Below are positions 63,479 through 64,000 of a DNA stretch of 64,000 nucleotides, one piece after another. Both the position numbers and the translations under genes were made by a program. The stretch is taken from contig CM082589.2 of the NCBI GenBank assembly GCA_040954595.2, positions 462,988 to 526,987 of the forward strand, read 5' to 3'. Each line of letters begins with the position of its first letter. The stretch's first letter is position 1. The notes under the pieces are model-generated. The model was not told where the DNA came from. It made no database searches and saw only the letters and a list, made by a program, of their open reading frames with translations. The DNA comes from Balanoglossus misakiensis (lineage: Eukaryota > Animalia > Hemichordata).

Positions 63479-64000
63479 CTGTGTTAATAGAGAAAAAGGC
63501 TGAAAAGTTAGTATTCGCACAATAGAGGCTGCAGTTGTGAAGGAAGTCAACCTGAGACCAGATGGCAATAGTTACAGATGAGGCGAACAATTTGTGTAAA
63601 TGCTTTTGAACGACACAAAGGCCCTTTAATAGTTTGATTTCCATCGGAATCTTTTTGTTAAGATGAACCGTTACTTGAATGACAAGGTCTCAATTTGCGT
63701 ATGTGAATAAGATAGAAAATTTATCTCTGTGGTAAATAAAATATGGGCACGCCCAAAGCGTCTGTTCTATAGTTGTAGTCCAATCGTCATTAGTTATAAA
63801 CACTTTTCAAATATTTAATTAAAATCATTTACTTTCGTAAATTTTTGTTCAAAGTATACTAGTACATGCATCATCTCCGTTAACACCACACCGTTGGCAA
63901 ACACGTTTACGATATGACGCTCGCTAAAAGGACTTTTGAAAATTTCATGGAGTCGTTTTCACTTTTTATTTTACTGTGAGTCATATTGACAGTTGATTTG

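Overview
Eukaryotic (metazoan, probably invertebrate deuterostome) genomic DNA in two parts. (1) Bases 1-~23351 are a head-to-tail satellite array of two related, in-register monomer families. Type A (87 bp) occupies 1-~5448 plus three degenerate copies at ~23086-23351, and type B (88 bp, about 200 copies) occupies ~5449-23085, giving an A-B-A layered structure with hybrid monomers and local multi-monomer duplications. All long ORFs in this part are repeat artefacts. (2) Bases ~23390-64000 hold the 3' portion of one very large minus-strand gene. I traced 73 GT-AG exons by eye: 70 single-EGF exons, 2 CUB exons and a terminal exon with a transmembrane helix and a short cytoplasmic tail. The architecture in the window is ...EGF-CUB-EGF x65-CUB-EGF x4-TM-tail, roughly 3,100 aa, and the 5' end lies beyond the window. 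Every internal exon is phase 1-1 with a length divisible by 3, and several introns carry UGCAUG clusters. The putative poly(A) site lies only tens of bases from the satellite edge. Small MITE-like elements sit in two or three introns. Exon boundaries are manual predictions without transcript evidence.
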